Positions 1 to 8,487 of a stretch of DNA of 58,219 nt are shown piece by piece. The position numbers were made by a program, and so were the translations under genes. Each line of letters starts with the position of its first letter. Within the stretch, counting starts at the first letter, position 1. Under the pieces are notes generated by a model. It saw nothing but the letters and a program-made list of their open reading frames with translations, made no database searches and was not told the origin of the DNA. The DNA is from Leptolyngbyaceae cyanobacterium (GTDB lineage: Bacteria > Cyanobacteriota > Cyanobacteriia > Leptolyngbyales > Leptolyngbyaceae), in assembly GCA_041749615.1 (NCBI GenBank), contig JBGTAZ010000355.1, positions 1-58,219 of the forward strand, in the 5' to 3' direction.

Positions 1-2604
1 GGAGGGGAGACGCTGGAAGGAGAGGCGTTCGTTTTCGCCGACATCCACAAAGATGGTGTCGCCGTTGTGAAAGTCGCCGCGCAGGATGGATTTGGCGATC
101 GCCGTCTCTAACTCTTTTTGGATCGCACGTTTGAGCGGACGAGCGCCATACACAGGGTCGTAGCCCACTTCGGCAATAAAGTCGATCGCCGCATCGGTCA
201 GCTTCAGCGACATTTTGCGGTCTGCTAAGCGTTTTTCTAGGCGTAGAGTTTGCAGTTTGACGATATTCCGCAGTTCGGATTTTTGCAACCCGTGGAAGAT
301 GATGAACTCATCCACTCGATTGAGAAATTCGGGGCGGAACTGCGATCGCATTGCTTCTACCACACGGCTCCGCATTTCCTCATAGCGGTCTTCGTCGCCT
401 GCAACATCGAGAATGTACTGCGACCCGATGTTGCTGGTCATGATGATGATCGTGTTTTTGAAATCCACCGTGTGCCCTTGGGCATCGGTAATTCGCCCGT
501 CATCCAGCACTTGCAGCAGAATGTTGAACACATCGGGGTGTGCTTTTTCAATTTCGTCAAACAAAACGACCGAATAGGGGCGGCGGCGAATGGCTTCGGT
601 GAGTTGTCCGCCTTCGTCGTAGCCTACATAGCCGGGAGGCGCACCAATCAGGCGCGAGACGGCGTGTTTCTCCATATATTCAGACATATCGATCCGCACC
701 ATTGCCTCCTCGGTGTCGAACAGGTAAGCAGCTAGGGCTTTTGCTAGTTCGGTTTTGCCCACGCCCGTAGGACCTAAGAAAATGAAGCTGGCGATGGGGC
801 GGTTGGGGTCGGCGAGTCCGGCGCGCGATCGCTGAATGGCATCGGCAACCGCAGTCACGGCTTCATCCTGACCAATCACCCGCTGATGCAGTTCGTCTTC
901 CAAGTGCAGCAATTTCTGCATTTCCGATTCCACCAGTTTGCTCACCGGAATGCCCGTCCACTTGGAAATGATTTCGGCAATATCCGCTTCGGTGACTTCT
1001 TCCCGCAGCAGAGACTTCCCGCTGGTTTGAGCTTCGGCTAGCTGCTGTTCGGCTTCTTGCAACTGACGGTTGAGATCGGTGAGCTTGCCATACTTCAGTT
1101 CAGCAGCGCGATTCAGGTCATAATCCCGCTCTGCTTGCTGCACTTCCAGATTGACGCGATCGATTTCTTCCTTCAGGGTTTGGATCTTGGTGATCTTGCC
1201 CTTTTCTGCTTGCCACTGGGCATTGAAGGTACTTTGCTCTTCCTTCAGGTTTGCAAGTTCTTTTTCGAGTTTTTCCAGGCGATCGCGCGAAATTGGATCG
1301 GTTTCCTTTTGCAAAGACAATCGCTCCATTTCAAGCTGAAGCACCTTGCGATCGGCTTCATCCAGTGCTTCCGGCTTGGAGGTGATTTCCATTTTTAGCT
1401 TGGCAGCGGATTCATCCACCAAATCGATCGCTTTGTCGGGCAAGAAGCGATCGCTGATATACCGCGTGGAAAGGACGGCGGCGGCAACTAAAGCACTGTC
1501 GGAAATCTTGACCCCGTGGTGAACTTCATAGCGATCGCGCAGTCCGCGCAGAATGGAAATCGTATCTTCCACCGTGGGCTGATCGACAAATACCTGTTGG
1601 AAGCGGCGTTCTAATGCGGCATCTTTTTCAATATATTTGCGATATTCATCCAAAGTCGTCGCACCAATGCAGCGCAGTTCGCCCCGCGCCAGCATTGGTT
1701 TTAGCAAATTGCCTGCATCCATTGCGCCCTGAGTTGCGCCAGCCCCGACAACCGTGTGAATTTCATCAATAAACAGAATCAACTGCCCTTGAGAATCGGT
1801 GACTTCCTTTAGCACCGCTTTCAGGCGTTCTTCAAACTCACCGCGATACTTTGCGCCGGCAATCAGGGCACCCATATCGAGGGCAATCAGTTTGCGATTT
1901 TTGAGCGATTTCGGCACGTCGCCAACCATAATCCGCTGCGCCAATCCTTCAGCGATCGCGGTTTTACCCACGCCCGGTTCGCCAATCAACACCGGATTAT
2001 TCTTAGTGCGGCGCGAGAGGATCTGGATCGTGCGACGAATTTCATCATCTCGCCCAATCACCGGATCAAGTTAGCCCTGCCTTGCCATTTCGGTCAGGTC
2101 GCGTCCATATTTTTCTAGGGATTCATACTTGCCTTCGGGGTTGCGATCGGTCACTTTTTGGCTGCCTCGGATTTGGTCAATTGCCTGCTTGAGTTTGGTT
2201 TCATCCAGCTTGAATTCTGTAAATAGTGCTCTGCCATAGCGATCGTCTTTGGTAAAGCCCAGCAAAATATGCTCAATCGAAATCACTTCGTCGCCGTACT
2301 GTTTACGGTAGTTATCGGCGCGATCGAATAGGGTATCTAAACTGCGCCCTAAATAGACGCTGCCGCCTGCGCCCGAAATCTTGGGCTGTTTGCGAATAAA
2401 ATCTTCCGTGCGATCGCGCACCTGCGTTACAGGCACATTTAGCTTGTTGAACACACTACTGGCAAGCCCATCTTGCTCTAGCAACGCTTTCATTAAATGT
2501 TCAGATTCGATCTGTTGTTGCTGCGACTGTTTGGCAACATCGGGGGTTCGGGCGATCGCTTCCCACGCTTTCTCTGTAAATTGATTGGGGTCTGTTGGTT
2601 GCAT
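1..2604 (-). pseudogene. clpB: ATP-dependent chaperone ClpB, interrupted by an in-frame TAA at 2071-2073; 3' end runs off the window
   Basis: N-domain MQPTDPNQFTEKAW...YGRDLTEMARQG, then TAA, then the same frame continues [19 protein letters not shown] (Walker A1), [10 protein letters not shown] (Walker A2) and ...[20 protein letters not shown] at position 1. Confidence 0.93.
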
Positions 2605-2871
2605 AAGTCCTGGTTAAGATAGCAGTTTTCATAAAATAACTATCCTTATTGTAAAGACAGGAACGCGATCGCCTGGATCGGTCTTTACACCACAAAATGC
2701 GGGTATTTTCCGCCCTCAGAGTAAAAATGAACCGCAAAGTTAGAGATCGCGATCGTCAAGCAAAAATCCCCTTAAAGCAGATTAAACACCAACTGCCCAA
2801 GAGGATTTACATTCACTCGATGATTCAAACTATTAAAAGTCACCCCACAGCAATCAACGCGAGTTCACTAT

Positions 2872-3549
2872 CTAGCAAGCACCACTCCGCTTAGTCAAAA
2901 TCAAAAAAACAGTTTTGCAGATTAGAACCAAATCATAGAAAGGATGCCATTGAGCTTGGTAGCGCAGATCAAGCTGGACAATATCCTCAAAATCTTTGAC
3001 CAACGAACGACCACTCACCTGCCATTCCCCCGTCAGACCGGGCTTAACCTGCAACCGCTGCCAATGGTGATTACTATAGTTAGCAACTTCATCAGCAGTG
3101 GGGGGGCGGGTTCCCACTAAACTCATTTCCCCTCTTAGCACATTCCAAAACTGAGGAAACTCATCCAGGCTCGTTTTCCGCAGAAAACGACCAACCCGTG
3201 TGATGCGAGGGTCATTTTCATTCTTGAAAATCAATCCCCTTGCCTCATTTTTGATCTGCCTCTTCAGTTCGTCCGCATTTTGTACCATGGAGCGAAACTT
3301 GTAGATGCAGAACGAGTGCCCCATTAGCCCATAGCGCTTTTGGGAGTAAAGAATAGGACCGGGACTGTCGAGCCTGATAGCGAGGGCGATCGGAAAAAAG
3401 ATTAATCCAAAAATTGCCAGCCCGATCAAACTACCAATCATGTCGATAGATCGTTTAAACAAACACGATGCCGACCGATGTGGAGTTCCCTGCTCAAGGG
3501 AGGTAGATGCATAGGAATTTAAATCCGTCTCTGGCACTGTTGACTGCAT
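2872..3549 (-). CDS. Bacterial sugar transferase (priming polyprenyl glycosylphosphotransferase domain)
   Basis: KRSIDMIGS, YKFRSM, DPRITRVGRFLRKTSLDEFPQFWNVLRGEMSLVGTRP, KPGLTGEWQV motifs. Confidence 0.92.
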   Translation of the reverse strand: MQSTVPETDLNSYASTSLEQGTPHRSASCLFKRSIDMIGSLIGLAIFGLIFFPIALAIRLDSPGPILYSQKRYGLMGHSFCIYKFRSMVQNADELKRQIKNEARGLIFKNENDPRITRVGRFLRKTSLDEFPQFWNVLRGEMSLVGTRPPTADEVANYSNHHWQRLQVKPGLTGEWQVSGRSLVKDFEDIVQLDLRYQAQWHPFYDLVLICKTVFLILTKRSGAC

Positions 3550-3587
3550 GGCTTTTAGTCTTGCTGTGGGAGTGAATGATGCGACTC

Positions 3588-3601
3588 CCGTAGAAATACG
3601 G
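3588..3601. promoter_or_regulatory. Palindrome CCGTA-N4-TACGG, candidate transcription-factor site
   Basis: Perfect inverted repeat ccgtagaaatacgg about 40 bp upstream of the sugar transferase; related copy ccgtagaattacag at 3783-3796. Confidence 0.35.
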
Positions 3602-3971
3602 AGTGCACTTTACAACAATATAAGGGAATTTCAGAACTGACAATATGCTTAGTTGGAACCCTATCTCAATCTTCTTGAAATCTTCATATAGTTTTATGGT
3701 TGTGAATAAATAATGAAGCGATCGCAGTGGTTTAGTCGTCTAGGCTCTTCAAAAGACTAACTGGCAAGCGTTTCGGGTTTTACCGTAGAATTACAGAGAC
3801 AACTAATTATGAATCAATCAAAATCAACTTATAGGTCTTCACTTTTGGCTAGTTTGTAAAATAAAGCATGTATCGAAAGATATACTTGTATCCGTCAACA
3901 CATGAGATCGTGCTTTAAACAACATTTTTGAACGAGCAAGATTTTAGAGAGAGTTGGAAATCTTGCTTGAT

Positions 3972-4577
3972 TTAACTTGATTTTTTGGGTTTGCCATTTT
4001 TTGGGTTTGCCAAGGTTGGCAGGTGGGGGATCAGTTGCTGAAAGGCTTTGCCGCGATGACTGATTGATCGCTTTATTTCAGGAGACATTTCCGCAAAGGT
4101 TAACTGATGATCGGGGCTGTAGAACACGGGATCATATCCAAAGCCACCCACTCCTTGCGGCGCTTGCAGAATTTCACCCGAACAAAACCCTTGAGCTTGC
4201 AGTGCGATCGTGCCGTCGGGCTGCGCGATCGCAATCACGCAAGTAAACCGAGCCGCTCGGTTCGATTCACCGTCTAATTCTTTGAGCAATCGCGCAATGC
4301 AGGCAGCATCACTATCTGCATAACGAGCCGAAAAAACGCCCGGTGCGCCCCCCAAGGCTTCCACTTCTAGCCCGGAATCATCGGCGATCGCCCATTCTCC
4401 CGTTGCTAGTGCTACTTGAGAAGCTTTCAAACAGGCATTTTCGGCAAAGGTCGTGCCTGTTTCCTCCACTTCCAATTCGGTGGGTTTGAGGCGTAACTCC
4501 CAGCCCAGATCGGCGAGATGAGCTTGCATCTCTTTCACTTTGCCTGGATTTCCGGTTGCTACTACCAAAATTGTCAT
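3972..4577 (-). CDS. rdgB: Non-canonical purine NTP pyrophosphatase (RdgB/Ham1)
   Basis: ATGNPGK, EETGTTFAENA, ADDSGL, PGVFSARY, GFGYDPVF, ISHRG motifs. Confidence 0.95.
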   Translation of the reverse strand: MTILVVATGNPGKVKEMQAHLADLGWELRLKPTELEVEETGTTFAENACLKASQVALATGEWAIADDSGLEVEALGGAPGVFSARYADSDAACIARLLKELDGESNRAARFTCVIAIAQPDGTIALQAQGFCSGEILQAPQGVGGFGYDPVFYSPDHQLTFAEMSPEIKRSISHRGKAFQQLIPHLPTLANPKNGKPKKSS

Positions 4578-4628
4578 TCAAAGTTCCTTTTGATCGTCGA
4601 TGTGAGTGAATGGCTGCTTTTTTCAGAA

Positions 4629-5330
4629 TCACACCAAAACGGGAGCCATTCCCGCAACCTGTTCGTGAAAGGCTTGCCAGTCCAACACTTGGTCGAGCAG
4701 CGCTTCGTAGCCCACCACATTGGGATGCAGTCCATCTTCTATCCTGCGATCGCTGCACCATTGATGCCCCTGCGACTGCCAGTGAGAAAACACATCCAGG
4801 TAAGGAATCTGCCTTGCTTCACAGGCTAAGCGCGTCGCCTCTTTATAGCGAAATTGATCCGCATGATTGTAATAGAGACAGTCCAGAAAAGGCATTTTTG
4901 ATTCATCCACAGGCACCATGCCCACAAATAGCACTGGACAGAGCTGCACGGCTTGATCTAAGAGGCGATCGATTCCAGTACAAAATAGATCGAAATCGGT
5001 AAAATTGCGTCCATCTTGGCGAGAGAGCCGTGCCGAATCATTGGTGCCCACCGACAAAATCAGCAGATCAGGAACTCGATTTCGCAATTCGCCCCGCAGC
5101 CGAAACTCACTTTCCAGACGAGTAGACACCTGTTGCACGCCATCTCCACGCACACCTAAATTGTACAGAGCGTGCCCTAGACTGCTGGGAATCATCCAAC
5201 TGCGCCGCAGACGCTCAATCCAGCCGCCCCCGACTGGATCGCCAAACCCATAGATGATGCTGTCTCCAACTGCAATAATCTTTAGCGGGTGCGTTGATTT
5301 TTGGAAAGTAGAAACTTTAGCAGTCTGCAT
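4629..5330 (-). CDS. GDSL/SGNH family lipase/esterase
   Basis: VGDSI (block I), NLGVRG, GTND and DGLHPN motifs. Confidence 0.9.
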   Translation of the reverse strand: MQTAKVSTFQKSTHPLKIIAVGDSIIYGFGDPVGGGWIERLRRSWMIPSSLGHALYNLGVRGDGVQQVSTRLESEFRLRGELRNRVPDLLILSVGTNDSARLSRQDGRNFTDFDLFCTGIDRLLDQAVQLCPVLFVGMVPVDESKMPFLDCLYYNHADQFRYKEATRLACEARQIPYLDVFSHWQSQGHQWCSDRRIEDGLHPNVVGYEALLDQVLDWQAFHEQVAGMAPVLV

Positions 5331-5529
5331 TAAGTAATTAAGCGTTTGGAACTCAAATAACCGAGCATTTAATTATGCAGAACTGTATCATCGGTTGAAG
5401 AACTTTGCAAAGCTTGACAAATAAACACTCATCTATAGTGTGCCTTAACAAATGTATGCCTTAATAAATAGCGGTGAGAAAAGGTGAGGAGTGTGGCGTA
5501 AGCGGTGCGGGGTAGAAACTGTGCAGTGG

Positions 5530-6525
5530 CTAAGCCCAGGTTGCGATGATCCACTGGCTACCGCTAATCAGGTAAAACATGCCCACCATCAGCAAGGCAA
5601 CACTGGCAAGCCGAATGATGGCATCGGAGTGAAGCAGCAACGTGCGACTTTGTTTGGCGAGTCCGGTGAATAAGCTAGCCAGAAAAATGATGGCAGTATA
5701 GCCAAAAGCGTAGCTGATCATGGTGAGGGTGCTTTGCCATTGCGAACCGGTGGCGGCGGCAGCAGTTAGCACTGAAATCATAATTGGGCTGGTGCAGGGA
5801 GAACTGACAAGGGCGAAGGTAATTCCAACCCCATAAGGACCCGTGAGAAACGATGTAATGACTGACTGAAGCCGCGATTCCCGTAGGGAGTCCTGCGGAG
5901 AGCTTCGCGAATGTTTCACGAATCGCCGAGACATTTTCTCCTTAGAATGAATGGCATTGCTGCCTGCTCCAGTGGGCGAGGTGAAGCGGTTTAGCCTCAA
6001 CCGAGGAATTTGCACAATGCCAACCAAACTTAATCCCATCAGCACAATTATTGTGCCAACAGCGACCTGAATATAACCTCGAAATTGAATCAGAATCAGA
6101 CCTGCCGCCGAGGAAAATAGTCCTAGCACACTGAGAACAGTGACGACTCCTAAAACAAAGGAACCCGCCTTAAAGAAAGCATCGCGACGGGAGGTAATTT
6201 CGCGGGTGCCAATGTAGCTCAGGTTGACCGGCAACAGGGACAAAATACAGGGTGAAATGCTGGCAACTAACCCACCCAAAAACGCCAGACCCATCAGTGC
6301 CAAGGGGTTATTAATCTGGGGTTGATGCTGAGTAAACCACTGTTCGTAGCGATCGCCAATCCAAAATGCAAACTGCTGTAGCGATTGATAGACCGCGCTT
6401 TGGATTAATCCATCTAGGAGTAAAGCGAGGGCGATCGCGCCCACAAACAGGGTGAGCAACAACAGGAGATGCTTTGAGTGTGGAATTGAGCGATTGGGTA
6501 ACTTGGACAGTTTGACACGAGCCAT
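5530..6525 (-). CDS. CcdA/DsbD-family cytochrome c biogenesis thiol-disulfide membrane protein
   Basis: SISPCILSLLP and VSSPCTSPI cysteine motifs in a multi-TM protein; lies next to a thioredoxin-like gene. Confidence 0.88.
   Translation of the reverse strand: MARVKLSKLPNRSIPHSKHLLLLLTLFVGAIALALLLDGLIQSAVYQSLQQFAFWIGDRYEQWFTQHQPQINNPLALMGLAFLGGLVASISPCILSLLPVNLSYIGTREITSRRDAFFKAGSFVLGVVTVLSVLGLFSSAAGLILIQFRGYIQVAVGTIIVLMGLSLVGIVQIPRLRLNRFTSPTGAGSNAIHSKEKMSRRFVKHSRSSPQDSLRESRLQSVITSFLTGPYGVGITFALVSSPCTSPIMISVLTAAAATGSQWQSTLTMISYAFGYTAIIFLASLFTGLAKQSRTLLLHSDAIIRLASVALLMVGMFYLISGSQWIIATWA
5874..5926 (-). mobile_element. Composite SDR5-like small dispersed repeat (45 nt) inside a HIP1 site, in frame within the ccdA-like gene
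   Basis: Minus strand reads GCG + attcgtgaaacattcgcgaagctctccgcaggactccctacggga + ATCGC. Confidence 0.7.
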
Positions 6526-6556
6526 AACAATTTAGTCTGCGAACCGCAACAACACA

Positions 6557-7069
6557 TTACTTTTCAAGCTGCTGAGAGTCTGGATAGCCAGAGAGCGTCG
6601 CTAATTCCTCCAGCGATTGCAACCCCCGATAAAGCTGTCCATTCACTTGCCAGGTGGGATAACTGCTGACCTGTGCCTGGGCACACTGTTCTGGACGGGC
6701 GTTATCTCCCTTGGGATCACACTCTACCACTTGCAATTTAGCCACCGCTGAGCCAAACAATGCCTGTTGTTGCTGGCAATAAGGACACCAATAGGTTGTG
6801 TAGAGCGTTGCCCCTTGCTGATTGAGATGATCAACCAGAGCCAGAGTGGCAGGAGAAGCTGGCACAGTATTGACCGCTTCAGAGGTGCGTCGAGGAGTGC
6901 AGCCCGATCCCATAACCACTAGCGCGATCGCCACCGTTGCCCCCAACCGCGATCTCCAGAGGGAGTCCTGCGGAAAGCTACGCGAACGGTTCAGGAATCG
7001 CCAATTCCTGTTAGGTAACCCTACTTGTTGAATACTCTTCAAGCTCATTTGAATATCTTTCATACTCAT
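6557..7069 (-). CDS. Exported thioredoxin-fold protein (resembles the soluble Trx-like domain of cyanobacterial VKOR-Trx), possible lipoprotein
   Basis: YTTYWCPYCQQQ, VECDPKG...QCAQAQVSSYPTW; hydrophobic stretch ending GSGC. Start uncertain. Confidence 0.78.
   Translation of the reverse strand: MSMKDIQMSLKSIQQVGLPNRNWRFLNRSRSFPQDSLWRSRLGATVAIALVVMGSGCTPRRTSEAVNTVPASPATLALVDHLNQQGATLYTTYWCPYCQQQQALFGSAVAKLQVVECDPKGDNARPEQCAQAQVSSYPTWQVNGQLYRGLQSLEELATLSGYPDSQQLEK
6949..7001 (-). mobile_element. Second composite SDR5-like 45-nt insertion inside a HIP1 site, in frame
   Basis: Minus strand reads GCG + attcctgaaccgttcgcgtagctttccgcaggactccctctggag + ATCGC; 36/45 identical to the 5874-5926 copy. 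Confidence 0.7.
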
Positions 7070-7256
7070 TAACAGCAGCAGGTAACCACAGCAAGCTCAC
7101 ACACCACTTTATTCGTCTAACTGCAACTGTCTTCAGTTGTATTCCTTCAGTTGTATTCTAATTACCACTATAAAACAGTGATTCTCCTCACTCATCCTTC
7201 CATTGTTCCCGTTTCCCCTCACCCATTCCCCATTTCCCGCAAAATTTAATCTTTGT

Positions 7257-7400
7257 ACGCGATGTGCAACTAATCGCCCTCACCCCAAACCCCTCTCCCT
7301 ACGGAGATGGGCTTTCAGGGATTCCGGTTCCCTCTCCCATCGGGAGAGGGCTAGGGTGAGGGCTGTCTTTGCATTGTTTCAGGAAAGTCGCACATCGCGT
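7257..7400. mobile_element. MITE-like element with 15-bp terminal inverted repeats and an internal REP-like hairpin
   Basis: acgcgatgtgcaact ... agtcgcacatcgcgt (14/15 inverted match); flanks ctttgt / ctttat; internal ccctcaccccaaacccctctccc ... gggagagggctagggtgaggg. Confidence 0.65.
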
Positions 7401-7509
7401 CTTTATAGATTTAATCTTTGTAGAATGAGCCAATCTGACAGGGCTAGCCTACACTGCTAACGACGCATGATGTCAGCAGGCAAGAATTTGAGGAGCGTGG
7501 GGAAAAGTT

Positions 7510-8487
7510 GTGGGAAAGATCGCGCTGCTAGTGGGGGTGAGTGGGTGTGATATGGGGTTGCCTCCCTTGCGAAAAGCCCGCACCAACGTGGAAGTGTTAA
7601 AACGAGCGTTGCAAGGAACATCCTCTGGGTTTGTGGTGCAAACGTTGAATGATCCCAGTTTGCTCGACATGATGGAAGCGATCGAGCAACTGTTTCGGCA
7701 TCGCGAGAAAACCGATCAAGTCCTATTCTTTTTTTCGGGTTATGGGATCAAAGATGTGGATGGGCAACTTTACTTTGCGGCTCCCCATACGGCACTAGAC
7801 GATCGCGGCAACTTGATTCGCTCCCGCACCATGCCCGTCAGATTTTTGCACAATGTGATGGATACCAGCCCCGCTTGGCGACAGGTGGTGATTTTTGACT
7901 GCTGCTTTCGACAAACGGGTGGCATTGATCCCACGGAAGGCGAAACCCTGATGGATGATACCTATAATCACTTAATTGGCGATCGCCGCGTGATTTTGTC
8001 TGCCACAACCCATACCCAACATTTTCCAGAACCCGATAGCCTGGATGCTTGGAGCTACACTCGCTATTGGGCAGAGGGTGCATCAACCGGGGCAGCAGAC
8101 ACCGACTGCGATGGTAGCCTCACCGTTAAAGAACTGCATTACTACGCTCAGCGTAAGCTGCATGTTGCCGCCCCCGATCAGCATCCCCAGTTTTATGGAT
8201 CAGAAGACACCGCCAACCAATTGGTATTGCAGGTTCCCAGCCAAATTCCCAGGGTGCAATATCGCCAGTTTTTAGAAAAAATGGCTCAAACTAGCGAAAT
8301 CGACACCACCGAGTTTCGGATTTTATCCGGGCGCAATACGCTGAATACTTTGCGCCAACATTTGGGGTTGTCGCCTCAGGATGCAGCCGAGATTGAAAAT
8401 CAGGTGTTGCGCCCCTTTCAAGAGCGTCAACAGCGGATACAGTTGTATCAAGAACTTCTTTCTGATCTGACAGAGAGGGCGGAATGA
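7510..8487 (+). CDS. Caspase-like (peptidase C14, orthocaspase) domain protein with His->Tyr catalytic substitution
   Basis: KIALLVGVS, FFFSGYGIKD (canonical FSGHG), VIFDCC, SYTRYW, ADTDCDGSLTVKELHYY, followed by helical repeat YRQFL...LGLSPQDAAEIE. Confidence 0.88.
   Translation: MGKIALLVGVSGCDMGLPPLRKARTNVEVLKRALQGTSSGFVVQTLNDPSLLDMMEAIEQLFRHREKTDQVLFFFSGYGIKDVDGQLYFAAPHTALDDRGNLIRSRTMPVRFLHNVMDTSPAWRQVVIFDCCFRQTGGIDPTEGETLMDDTYNHLIGDRRVILSATTHTQHFPEPDSLDAWSYTRYWAEGASTGAADTDCDGSLTVKELHYYAQRKLHVAAPDQHPQFYGSEDTANQLVLQVPSQIPRVQYRQFLEKMAQTSEIDTTEFRILSGRNTLNTLRQHLGLSPQDAAEIENQVLRPFQERQQRIQLYQELLSDLTERAE

Noticed and set aside
2071-2073. Stop-codon reassignment or programmed readthrough as the explanation for the clpB TAA
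   Set aside because: TAA terminates many ordinary genes in this window, and no suppressor tRNA or recoding signal is visible.
250-2074. Plus-strand ORFs 250-735, 1057-1398 and 1799-2074
   Set aside because: Antisense shadows of the clpB frame with no recognisable motifs.
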